NCBI GenBank assembly: GCA_016713825.1
Contig: JADJOJ010000003.1
Coordinates: 228,733-292,732, forward strand
Length of the DNA stretch: 64,000 nt
Source: Candidatus Leptofilum gracile
Lineage (GTDB): Bacteria > Chloroflexota > Anaerolineae > Promineifilales > Promineifilaceae
Direction: 5' to 3'
Shown: piece after piece, positions 55,614 to 64,000 of the stretch
Layout of the letters: the number at the start of each line of letters is the position of its first letter
How positions within the stretch are numbered: position 1 is the first letter of the stretch
Position numbers and translations under genes: made by a program
Notes under the pieces: generated by a model
Seen by the model: only the letters and a program-made list of their open reading frames with translations
Databases searched by the model: none
Told to the model about the DNA's origin: nothing

Positions 55614-57842
55614 TTACCAGCGCTGCCGATGGGCCTCAATGACGTTGGGCAGCGATTCTAGCTTTTGCAGCAGCCAGTTGAGCTGCTCCAAACTATTCAC
55701 CTCTACCATGAGCGAAATGGTCATGATGTTGCCCACAGAGGTGGTTTTGGTTTTGGGTGTGTTGATGCGCTGCCCGCGCAGGATGGCCACAATTTCTTCG
55801 ATGATGTTGGGCCGCCGGTACGCTTTGAGCACAATGGGGATGGGGTAAACGGCCGAATCATCCCCCCACTCCACGGCAATCAACCGCTCTGGTTCTGACG
55901 TGTTTTCGATCTGCTTGCAGTCGGCGCGGTGAATGGTGACGCCCTGGCCCCGGGTGATGAAGCCGGTGATGGGCTCGGGGGGGATGGGCTGGCAGCATTT
56001 AGCCATGCGGGTATGCAGGCCGCTAACGCCATTGATGGTGAGCCCTTGCTTTTTGGGGGGAGCTTGCAGGAGTAACGGCCGTAATTCATCGTCCGGATGC
56101 AGCGTTTTTTCCATCAGGGCAATTGCCCCGCTAAGCTGACGGCTTTGAATGTCGCCAAAACCCACTTTAGCCAGAAACTGCTCTTCGTCGTCAAACTTTA
56201 GCGACAGGGCGATGTCGGAGACGGTGTACGTGTCGGCCAGCCCCAGGCGGCGCAGTTCCCGCTCTACCACTTCGCGCCCTTGCAAAATGTTTTGCTCCCG
56301 CTCCTGGTTGCGGAACCATTGCCGAATTTTGCTGCGGGTGCGGGCGCTGCCGGTGTAGCCCAGGCTGCCGTTCATCCAATCACGGCTGGGGCCGCCCCGG
56401 TTGGTGGTGAGAATGGAAACGCGCTCGCCCGATTTGAGCAGGTAATCCAGGCTGACCATTTTGCCATTTACTCGTGCGCCTCGGCAGCGGTGGCCCACTT
56501 CGGTGTGGATGGCGTAGGCAAAGTCGATGGGGGTAGAGCCAGCTGGCAGGTCGATCACATCTCCTTTGGGGGTGAAGAGGTAGATGCGGTCTGCCAAAAT
56601 TTCATTTTCCAGCAAATCATCGTCGTCATCCTCGCGGGAGTCGTCTTGCAGGCTGGCCAGCAGTTCGCGCAGGTTGTCGATCCGTTTTTTAACAGAACTG
56701 GCAACGCGGCCACCTTCTTCTTTGTAGGCCCAATGGGCGGCGACGCCCCTTTCTGCTTCATCGTGCATGCGGCGGGTGCGAATTTGCACTTCCAGATTTT
56801 CACCGGTGTTGGTGTCGATAACGGCCGTATGCAGCGATTGGTACCCGTTGGCCTTCGGTGCCGCAATGTAATCGTCGAATTCGCGGGGGATGGGTTGCCA
56901 CAGGCTGTGCACCAACCCAAGCGCCTGGTAGCACAAATGGCGATCTTCTTCTTCTTTTTCTTTGCTGCTTTTTTGCTCGTACGCCTCTTTGTTATTTGGC
57001 TCCAAAATGACACGCAGCGCCTGGATGTCAAAAATATTGTCAAAATCGAGCTGTTTGCGCACCATTTTGCGGTAAATGGAGTAGATATGCTTGGAGCGGC
57101 CAGAGACAGAGCCTCTTAAGCCGCTGTCGCGAATGGCGCGTTCTAGCTTTTTTACGGCCTCTTCGATATTTTCCATCCGTTCTGCCCGGCGGGCGGCCAG
57201 CTGGCTGGCAATCTCTTTATACTTTTCAGGTTGCAGGTAGCGAAAGGCCAAATCTTCCAGCTCCCATTTGAGCTGCCAGATGCCCAGCCGGTTGGCCAGC
57301 GGTGCGTAAATGTTCATTGCCTCGTTGGCGATGATGCGGCGCTGCTCTAGCGGCAGGTTGCTGGCTTTGCGCAAATCTTGCAAACAGTCGGCCATGCGGA
57401 TGAGGATAACGCGGATATCGCCTTCGATGATGGCCAGGACGGCGCGGCGCACGCCTTCCAGCGTTTTGCGGTCGGCTTCAGGGTCGCGGTGGCGCTGGTA
57501 TTGGGCTTCGCTGGCGTAGGCGTACAGGTGCTCCAAGCCTTCGATGAGGGCGGCGGGTTCTTCGCCAAAATATTTACGGATGCTCGCTACGGTTTGGCCA
57601 GTGTGGGGCAGCAGGCTGTCGTGCAGCATGCTGGCAACGAGGGTGGGCGGATCAACTCCGAGCTGGCTCATGGTTTGGGTGACGCCCAAATCATGTTCGA
57701 TATACAGTTCGCCGGACTCTCGCTGACGGCCGTTGTGGCTGCTTTTGGCGAATTCATAGGCGCGGCGTACCTGCTCGGCCGTTTGCCCATTGGGCAAACT
57801 GTTGAGAAGTTCCGTGATGGAGACGAGAGATATTTGGGTCAT
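55614..57842 (-). CDS. relA: Bifunctional (p)ppGpp synthetase/hydrolase (RelA/SpoT homologue)
   Basis: 742 aa. N-terminal HD hydrolase, RelA_SpoT synthetase region (HSLWQPIPREFDDYIAAPKANGYQSLHT), TGS (IYLFTPKGDVIDLPAGSTPIDFAYAIH), and C-terminal ACT-like domain. Confidence 0.92.
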   Translation of the reverse strand: MTQISLVSITELLNSLPNGQTAEQVRRAYEFAKSSHNGRQRESGELYIEHDLGVTQTMSQLGVDPPTLVASMLHDSLLPHTGQTVASIRKYFGEEPAALIEGLEHLYAYASEAQYQRHRDPEADRKTLEGVRRAVLAIIEGDIRVILIRMADCLQDLRKASNLPLEQRRIIANEAMNIYAPLANRLGIWQLKWELEDLAFRYLQPEKYKEIASQLAARRAERMENIEEAVKKLERAIRDSGLRGSVSGRSKHIYSIYRKMVRKQLDFDNIFDIQALRVILEPNNKEAYEQKSSKEKEEEDRHLCYQALGLVHSLWQPIPREFDDYIAAPKANGYQSLHTAVIDTNTGENLEVQIRTRRMHDEAERGVAAHWAYKEEGGRVASSVKKRIDNLRELLASLQDDSREDDDDDLLENEILADRIYLFTPKGDVIDLPAGSTPIDFAYAIHTEVGHRCRGARVNGKMVSLDYLLKSGERVSILTTNRGGPSRDWMNGSLGYTGSARTRSKIRQWFRNQEREQNILQGREVVERELRRLGLADTYTVSDIALSLKFDDEEQFLAKVGFGDIQSRQLSGAIALMEKTLHPDDELRPLLLQAPPKKQGLTINGVSGLHTRMAKCCQPIPPEPITGFITRGQGVTIHRADCKQIENTSEPERLIAVEWGDDSAVYPIPIVLKAYRRPNIIEEIVAILRGQRINTPKTKTTSVGNIMTISLMVEVNSLEQLNWLLQKLESLPNVIEAHRQRW

Positions 57843-58016
57843 GGTGGGCTTTTACACGCAAAAAGGCGACTCCGGTGGGGAGACGCCTGTCTGCAAATGG
57901 TTAGCAGTAAAACATTGCCAGAGCCAAAACGTTATGCGATTACAGACTCAGTGGTTTTGTGAATGTAAAGGAAAAGGGAGGCTGCGTTGCTGGCTATTAT
58001 GGATGGGAAACGGCCG

Positions 58017-58391
58017 TTACGCGTCGCTCCCGTTGGTTTCAGATTTTTCGCTGCGGTTGGATAGCTGCGACGCCTGCTCTTTGCCTTTGTCCAATACGAT
58101 CCGTGCCTGTTCCTGCACCCGTCCCCCAACATCTTTAACTTGTTGGCGGGTGCTGGTCAGCGCGGAGCCAGCTTTATCCAGGTATTCCTGGCTGTAGGTT
58201 CCTGCCGTATCACGCACCTGCTGGACGCGGGTGCTGCCAGATTGGAGTAGTTCGTTGCTTTTGTTAGCCAGTTGGCTGCGGGTTTCCTGGCCCGATTGGG
58301 GGGCCAAAATGATGGCGGTGGCGGCTCCGACGAGCCCGCCAATCACAAATCCTGCTAAAAATGCACCAAGATCGTTTGAATTATCGCTCAT
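58017..58391 (-). CDS. YtxH-domain protein
   Basis: 124 aa. GAFLAGFVIGGLVGAATAIILAPQSGQETR is the N-terminal YtxH signature. Confidence 0.75.
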   Translation of the reverse strand: MSDNSNDLGAFLAGFVIGGLVGAATAIILAPQSGQETRSQLANKSNELLQSGSTRVQQVRDTAGTYSQEYLDKAGSALTSTRQQVKDVGGRVQEQARIVLDKGKEQASQLSNRSEKSETNGSDA

Positions 58392-58412
58392 ATCATTCTC
58401 CCAAAAATCTAA

Positions 58413-58871
58413 TTAACGTGGAATGTTGTTACGCGGATTGCCAAACAAGGATTTGAGGGCCTGGCGAATCCCGGCAACGTGCACTCGGGCTTCGGTTACC
58501 GGTTTCACCACATTCTTGCTGACAAAGGTTGTGGTGCCGCGAATGGTTCCCACGGTTTCGTTTGTTTTTTCCAAAATTGGTTTAATTTCAAATTCCAACA
58601 TATTGACGAGGCGGATAATCATGAGCAGCATGAAGAGCAGCACCACGCCAAAGAGGCAAGATTCCAGCGCCAGCGCAATGAGCAATACATCGCGCACGGC
58701 TTCAATGGTGGCGGCCTGCGTGCTGGCCAACCAGACGATCCCCCAGACCGAACCGACCAGCAGGGCGACGACCAGAATGACGGCCAAAACGATGTAGACG
58801 GGTTTAACGGAAATCAGTTTTTTCTGTTCTGGCGCTGTGCCAGGGGTATTTACAACGTTGCTGCTATCCAC
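58413..58871 (-). CDS. Membrane protein, possibly DUF948-like
   Basis: 152 aa, GTG start. Two TM helices then a helical tail. It is adjacent to the YtxH gene, as in other bacteria. Confidence 0.5.
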   Translation of the reverse strand: MDSSNVVNTPGTAPEQKKLISVKPVYIVLAVILVVALLVGSVWGIVWLASTQAATIEAVRDVLLIALALESCLFGVVLLFMLLMIIRLVNMLEFEIKPILEKTNETVGTIRGTTTFVSKNVVKPVTEARVHVAGIRQALKSLFGNPRNNIPR

Positions 58872-59019
58872 TGGTGGATGTTTTGCTCCTGATTACGGGT
58901 TTGTTGGAAGTACGAAGGCAAGTATAGCATTAAAGCGCAGCGGCTTCAAAGCAAACTAATAAGGATATCATTCCCGCTTTTACGGGAATCCATTGGGATG
59001 CGAACGTGAGGCTGATGGG

Positions 59020-59295
59020 TTATTGGCTTACGGCCGTATCCCCAGCCAGCCACCAGCTTAAAATTAAAGCCACCCAGGCCCCCACACTGGCGCTAAAAAG
59101 CTGCAACGCACCCAGCCGCAGCCAGTTGAGGTTGATTAAATCGCCCACCACATGCCCAATGGCAAAGCCGATCCAGGCGACCACCAGGTAAAGGATGATG
59201 CGCCGCGCCGGGCCGCCGAGCAGCAGGTGAAAGCCCGCACCGTAGGCGGTAGCCAGCAAAAAACCAAGAATGAGTCCAGAGGCAGCAACGGTCAT
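59020..59295 (-). CDS. Small integral membrane protein
   Basis: 91 aa with three predicted TM segments. The start overlaps the mnmA stop (ATGA). Confidence 0.55.
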   Translation of the reverse strand: MTVAASGLILGFLLATAYGAGFHLLLGGPARRIILYLVVAWIGFAIGHVVGDLINLNWLRLGALQLFSASVGAWVALILSWWLAGDTAVSQ

Positions 59296-60491
59296 GAAAG
59301 CACCTGAATGTGAGCCAGTGAGAGGGAAGCAGCTTCGATAGGCGGAACGGCCGTTTTATCCCCCAAATCATTCACCCCATCGGCAATAATGCCGCCGCCC
59401 AGGCAAACATCGCCGTCGTAGAAGACGGCCCCTTGCCCGGCCGTAACGCCAAAAACGGGTTCGTGGAAGGTAACTTGGGAACGGCCGTTGCCCAAATCCA
59501 CCACCTCGCCCGCAATGCCCTGCGCCTTGTAGCGAATCTTGATCTGGGCGGGAACGGGCTGCTGGGGTGGCTGGCCGCTGAGCCAGTTCACGTCGCGAGC
59601 GATGAGCGTTTGCTGCCCCAGTTCCGACTTTGGCCCCACGATGAGGGCGTTGCGGGCCACATCTTTGCGCAGCACAAACAGCGGTTCGCTGGCCGAAATG
59701 CCCAGCCCTTTGCGCTGGCCAATGGTGTAAAACGGCAGCCCCTCATGCGCGCCCAACTCCTCGCCGCTGCTGGTGAGGATGGGGCCGGGCTGGCTGCTCT
59801 TTTGGCTGTACTCGTTTAGAAAGCGACGGTAATCGCCGTCGCCGAGGAAGCATAAATCCTGGCTTTCGCTTTTGCTGGCCACGGGCAGGCCAAACTTTTG
59901 CGCCAGCTCGCGCACCTCTGGCTTGGTGTAGCCGCCGATGGGGAACAGCACCTGGCCCAGCTTTTCCTGATCCAGCACGTGCAAGACGTAGGATTGGTCT
60001 TTGTTGGGGTCTGCCCCTTTGCGCAGTTGGTAGCCTGTTGGTGTGTGCTGCACCTGGGCGTAATGGCCGGTGGCCAGGTAGTGGGCGTCGAGGGCTAAAG
60101 CGCGTTCCAGCAGGTGGGTGAAGCGAATTTGGCGGTTGCATTCGATGCAGGGGTTGGGGGTACGGCCGTTTGCGTGCTCATCAATAAAAAATTGCACAAT
60201 CGTCTGCCGGAAATGATCCTGCACATCGACCACGTAAAAGGGAATGCCCAGCAGGCCAGCTACGCGCCGGGCATCGGCCATCTGGTCTGGGGTGCAGCAG
60301 CGATTGGCGGGCGCGGCCTGGCCAATGCCCGGTTCGCTCCACAGGCGCATCATCATGCCGATGACCTCGTAACCCTGCTCCACCAGCAGCGCCGCAGCCA
60401 CGGAGCTGTCTACGCCGCCGCTCATGGCCACCACCACGCGCTTGTTCTTGGTTGCTTGCTGAATTTCACTCATGATGCGCCTACTGTACAT
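59292..60491 (-). CDS. mnmA: tRNA-specific 2-thiouridylase MnmA
   Basis: PP-loop VVVAMSGGVDSSVAA; catalytic Cys regions CCTPDQ and CFL. An alternative ATG lies at 60473. Confidence 0.92.
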   Translation of the reverse strand: MYSRRIMSEIQQATKNKRVVVAMSGGVDSSVAAALLVEQGYEVIGMMMRLWSEPGIGQAAPANRCCTPDQMADARRVAGLLGIPFYVVDVQDHFRQTIVQFFIDEHANGRTPNPCIECNRQIRFTHLLERALALDAHYLATGHYAQVQHTPTGYQLRKGADPNKDQSYVLHVLDQEKLGQVLFPIGGYTKPEVRELAQKFGLPVASKSESQDLCFLGDGDYRRFLNEYSQKSSQPGPILTSSGEELGAHEGLPFYTIGQRKGLGISASEPLFVLRKDVARNALIVGPKSELGQQTLIARDVNWLSGQPPQQPVPAQIKIRYKAQGIAGEVVDLGNGRSQVTFHEPVFGVTAGQGAVFYDGDVCLGGGIIADGVNDLGDKTAVPPIEAASLSLAHIQVLS

Positions 60492-60566
60492 CTTTCAAAA
60501 GTTCTTAACAACAGTTTCAGCCGGTTGTTTGGGGCAGGCGCTCATGTTGCGCTTAACCAGAATGGG

Positions 60567-62072
60567 CTACGGCACGCGCAGGTAGCGGCGGATGCGCTGG
60601 ATGAAGGCATCACGGCCGTTTTCCATCTCTTGCCGCCGTAGGGCCGAATCTTGCTGCAAACTTTGGCTGATACCTTCCTGACGCCGCTCCAGGGCGGTGA
60701 CAAACCGCTCCAAAATGGTGGGGTCTTGGGCCAGCACGGTGGCAAACGCTTCTTTGTCGATGATGATGACGTCGGTTTCTTCATTGGCGCGGATGGAGGC
60801 GGCGCGGGCTTCGCCGGTGAGCAGGCTCATCTCGCCAAAAAAGTCCCCGCTGCTCAGCTGGTTGGCGTAGATGGAACGGCCGTCTGCTGCCCGCACATAC
60901 ACCGAAACCGACCCTCGGGTAATGATAAACAAAGAATCACCCGCTTCCCCCTGCTTGACAAGCTGTTCGCCAGTGGTATAGGTGGCAACGGCCGTACGCT
61001 TGGCCAACTGTTGCAGCTGCGTTTCCGTCAATACGTCTAGCCAATGCAGCGACTGCATTTCATTAAACAGGTTTGTTTGCTGTGTTTCCCGTTTGCGCTG
61101 CGCCTCATCTTCTGGCACAACGGTGACCCGGTAGTTGCCCGTGGGGTCGGGAATGGCAATGCCCACCCGGTGCAGGCTGAACCAGGCACGCGTCAGCACC
61201 TTGTCGCGGGCAATCACCTTGTCGCTGTAATCCTCTAGCCAGTAGCTGAGGCCATAGGTGACACAGCCATCTTGCATAGAGACCACATGCGAGCGCAGCC
61301 GGGGATGCAGCCGCACGTCGTCTAGCCCCAGCACCGCCTCCATCAGCGTCTGTTTTACCAGATTGGGCGAATAACTTTCGCTGAGCGTAAGGTACACCGT
61401 TTGAATCTGGCTGTTGGTGGGGCGGGAATAGTTGATGATTTTGCTCTTGGCCACCGTGCTGTTGGTGAGCATCACGCGGTGATCTTCGCGGGTGAGCAGG
61501 GTAAGGGTGCGCCAATTTTGCCGCACAATGATCCCCTCGATGCCGTCAATCTCTACCCAATCATCTGCCGAAAAGGGGGCTTCTACTTGCAGCGAAATGC
61601 CGGAAATGAGGTTGCCCAGAGTGTCTTGCAGCGCCAAACCGATAATCGCCGAGGCGACGGTGGAGGTGATGAGCAGCCCGGTCAGCTCTACGCCAAACAC
61701 CAGCCGGATGGTCAGGAGCACCACCAGCAGCAGCACAAACCATTCCAGGATGTCTAGCAAAAAGGGGGGGATTTTGACGCTGCGCCGCATGACGAGAAGC
61801 TCCAGCAGCAGCCATTTGATGGCTCGCAGGGTGGTGCTAAGCGCCATAAAAAAGGCGAGCGCCAGCCAGATGTTGCGCTGGATGGTGCTGAGGATGGGCA
61901 CGTTGGGGTTGTAAAACCAGATGATCAGCCCCTGACCCAAGACAACGGTCAAAATGGCAGATCCGATGAGGCCAAGCGGCAGTTTGGTTTTGAGTAGTCT
62001 GGAGAAGAGAGTGACGATGATTACGGCCGTAATCGCCACCCACACCGCGTTTACCATCCACGCTAAGGGCAT
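60567..62072 (-). CDS. MscS-family mechanosensitive channel fused to a C-terminal cyclic-nucleotide-binding domain
   Basis: 501 aa. TM helices plus the MscS beta-domain (ISLQVEAPFSADDWVEIDGIEGIIV). cNMP-binding motif FFGEMSLLTGEARAASIRA. Confidence 0.85.
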   Translation of the reverse strand: MPLAWMVNAVWVAITAVIIVTLFSRLLKTKLPLGLIGSAILTVVLGQGLIIWFYNPNVPILSTIQRNIWLALAFFMALSTTLRAIKWLLLELLVMRRSVKIPPFLLDILEWFVLLLVVLLTIRLVFGVELTGLLITSTVASAIIGLALQDTLGNLISGISLQVEAPFSADDWVEIDGIEGIIVRQNWRTLTLLTREDHRVMLTNSTVAKSKIINYSRPTNSQIQTVYLTLSESYSPNLVKQTLMEAVLGLDDVRLHPRLRSHVVSMQDGCVTYGLSYWLEDYSDKVIARDKVLTRAWFSLHRVGIAIPDPTGNYRVTVVPEDEAQRKRETQQTNLFNEMQSLHWLDVLTETQLQQLAKRTAVATYTTGEQLVKQGEAGDSLFIITRGSVSVYVRAADGRSIYANQLSSGDFFGEMSLLTGEARAASIRANEETDVIIIDKEAFATVLAQDPTILERFVTALERRQEGISQSLQQDSALRRQEMENGRDAFIQRIRRYLRVP

Positions 62073-62256
62073 ACAATACGCTCCTGCAAATTTTCTTTAC
62101 CGATACGGCTGGCTTTTTTGCTTGGCGTAATTGTAGCAAAGTTGCCCGACGTTGTGTCTACTCTTTTTTACAGGGGCTTTTCATTTTTTTGTAATTTCAG
62201 GACGCGGACAAGCGGCTTCTAATCTGTGCTCGTCCGCGTCCTTTGGTGGCAAAGCC

Positions 62257-63573
62257 TTAATCAGTGGCAGAAGGGGCGACGGTGGGGAACGGCCGTTCCC
62301 GCCGCACAAACAACTGCCACTCCAGCGCCGTCGCCAGCACGTAAAACACCGCCACCATGCCAAAAATCGGCACAAAGCCAAACTCGCCAAAGCGCACCTG
62401 CAGCCAGCCGCTCACCTGCGGCATGATAAACCAGCCAAACTGAAACGACAGCGAATTCAGGCTCATGGCCAGCGCCTGCACATCAGTCGGCACGTGTTCC
62501 AGCACAAACGTTTGGTACACCGGATTGCTCAAATTCATTAGCGCCAGGCGGAAGATGTAGGCAATGCCCGCCACAAAAAACCAAAGGCTGGCCGCCGCCA
62601 GGCCGCCCGGCACCAGCCACGCCCCCACCCCCAGCAGCAGCAAAAACGGCACCGACAAAATCTGGGTCAGGATGACCGTGTGAATCTTGCCGTACTTGTC
62701 CGCCAGCGGCGGGCCTAAAAATTGGGCAATGGCCATTGCCAGCCCGCCAATGGCAAACACCATCGAGATGGGCGGGTCTGGCTTTTGGTAGACGTTGCGA
62801 AAGTAAATGTTCATAAACGGCTGCATCAGCCCCGCGCCCAGGCCGATGATGAGCTGCGGCAGCAAAAACTGGCTCAGGCTCCAGCCGTAGCGGCGCAGCT
62901 GCACCCAGGGCAGCTCCACCCGCCGCTCCCGGTCCACCGGCGGCATGATGATGCGGGTCAGCGGCCCGATGGACAAGATGGTGACGATCATCATGCTGCC
63001 CAGGGCCAGCTGGTAGGCCAGGGTGTCGGTGGGGGCGGCATCGAACCAGTGGCCCAGCCAGGTGGGTAGCCAGCCGCCCAGCAAATTGCCAAAAAAGCCA
63101 GAGACGGTCATCAGGCCAAAGTTGAAGCTGAACACCCACTGCCGCTCATTTTCCGACGTGTTGGCCATGAGAAAAGGGGCCATCGCCACCTGCCGCATGC
63201 TCATGCTGACGCCCGCCACCATGTTGAACAGAATCAGCAGCCCGCGGTAGGGGAACAGCACCAGGCCAATCATGGCCAGGCTGCTGATGAGCGCCGTGTG
63301 GATCATGATCTTCTTCTGTGAGAAGCGCTCCGCCAGGTAGGCGGCAGGCAGCGCCATGAGGATGGAGGCAAACGAGGAAGCAGTTTGCAGCGAGCCGACA
63401 AATGCCTCATTGTACGCATCCCCCAGGCTGAGGACGTAGAAGTTGAACAGAAAGCGGAAAACGCCAAAGGCGAGGCCAGTAAAGGCGCTGTAGAGCAGCA
63501 CCAGCCGGGCATTGGGGCTGAACTGTTTGGTTTTTTCGAGGTAGGTGGCCAGGCCACCGGTTGGTTGAGACAT
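62257..63573 (-). CDS. MFS transporter
   Basis: 438 aa with 12 predicted TM helices. Confidence 0.8.
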   Translation of the reverse strand: MSQPTGGLATYLEKTKQFSPNARLVLLYSAFTGLAFGVFRFLFNFYVLSLGDAYNEAFVGSLQTASSFASILMALPAAYLAERFSQKKIMIHTALISSLAMIGLVLFPYRGLLILFNMVAGVSMSMRQVAMAPFLMANTSENERQWVFSFNFGLMTVSGFFGNLLGGWLPTWLGHWFDAAPTDTLAYQLALGSMMIVTILSIGPLTRIIMPPVDRERRVELPWVQLRRYGWSLSQFLLPQLIIGLGAGLMQPFMNIYFRNVYQKPDPPISMVFAIGGLAMAIAQFLGPPLADKYGKIHTVILTQILSVPFLLLLGVGAWLVPGGLAAASLWFFVAGIAYIFRLALMNLSNPVYQTFVLEHVPTDVQALAMSLNSLSFQFGWFIMPQVSGWLQVRFGEFGFVPIFGMVAVFYVLATALEWQLFVRRERPFPTVAPSATD

Positions 63574-63848
63574 GTTGTACGCTCTGTTTCGTAACTGTTT
63601 GATGGGTTTATAAAAATCACAGATTTCGTAGGTTGTGTTAGATGATTATCTAATTGGAAGTGTAGCATGATTTTTACGGCCGTCACCTGATCTTTGGTAC
63701 GTGGCGGGGTGACTTTTGTCGGGGGGGAGGGCGCAAAATTGCGGCGCAAAAATTGCGGCGCTAAATTGTGGCACAAAAAAAGCCGGCACGATTGGGGAAA
63801 CCGTGTCGGCTCTTTGCGGTTCTCTAGACCGTTGTGGAGGGAGGAATC

Positions 63849-64000
63849 TTAACCGCCGTTGCCGTGGCCATTATCGCCGCCGGTGTCGGGGTTGGGTTGG
63901 GGGCCATCACCAACGGGGGTGCAATCATTGTCGCAGACGCCGTCGCCATCGAAATCGCCGTCGCCATTTTGGCCAGCGTTGGCGTCGTCCTGGCCGTACT
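63849..64000 (-). CDS. C-terminal fragment of an Asp/Gly-rich (thrombospondin-type-3-like Ca-binding repeat) protein
   Basis: The minus strand reads ...GQDDANAGQNGDGDFDGDGVCDNDCTPVGDGPQPNPDTGGDNGHGNGG*, with the stop at 63849-63851. It is partial and therefore absent from the ORF track. Confidence 0.35.
   Translation of the reverse strand, partial: YGQDDANAGQNGDGDFDGDGVCDNDCTPVGDGPQPNPDTGGDNGHGNGG

Noticed and set aside
63303-63776. A 157-aa ORF overlapping the 5' end of the MFS transporter gene in another frame on the same strand.
   Set aside because: It overlaps a well-supported 12-TM transporter gene and extends into the spacer. It has no motif and a low-complexity Pro/Ser/Arg composition.

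Overview
This is a 64-kb chromosomal segment from a high-GC bacterium (roughly 60% GC by eye). The gene content and repeat style look Chloroflexota-like, but taxonomy cannot be settled from this window.

I can support about 48 protein-coding genes, 3 tRNAs (Ser-UGA, Ser-GCU, Arg-ACG) and several promoters and terminators. I found no rRNA, no CRISPR array, and no transposase, integrase or phage genes.

Gene content:
- A MarR fragment followed by a heterodimeric ABC exporter pair.
- dps and a csbD-like gene.
- A signalling block: a GAF/PAS HisKA_3 kinase, a NarL-type regulator, a CheY-like protein and a pseudo-receiver LuxR regulator.
- A bacterial expansin.
- Two large hybrid histidine kinases.
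- A GH1 beta-glucosidase, a MerR/GyrI regulator and a Ca-type P-type ATPase.
- Two tandem LmbE/PIG-L deacetylases and an NHL propeller protein.
- A transglutaminase (TgpA-like) gene coupled to a kinase.
- sppA, ktrA and a frameshifted ktrB, an M50 site-2 protease and a UbiA prenyltransferase.
- thpR, relA/spoT, mnmA, an MscS channel with a cNMP-binding domain, and an MFS transporter.

Main observations worth a second look:
1. The octamer palindrome ACGGCCGT (extended GGAAACGGCCGTTTCC) occurs about once per 600 nt, in all reading frames and in intergenic DNA. This is a HIP1-like highly iterated palindrome with a different sequence from cyanobacterial HIP1.
2. A five-gene operon of unknown function is translationally coupled: SWIM zinc finger, DUF5691-like, MoxR-type AAA+, DUF5682-like, VWA (43651-51292). 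It is yehLMPQ-like from memory.
3. A family of intergenic hairpins has arms built from tandem 7-8-nt repeats, reminiscent of cyanobacterial STRR heptamers.
4. A 1.2-kb G/C-only tract fills the loop of one such hairpin. An A18/GC/A9 tract sits inside the operon. Both are probably assembly artefacts and need read-level checking.
5. A ~100-nt promoter-plus-leader module is shared by dps and the M50 protease gene.
6. Several single-nucleotide frame disruptions lie at short homopolymers (ktrB three times, an ABC exporter, the MerR tail). These are either sequencing errors or genuine decay.
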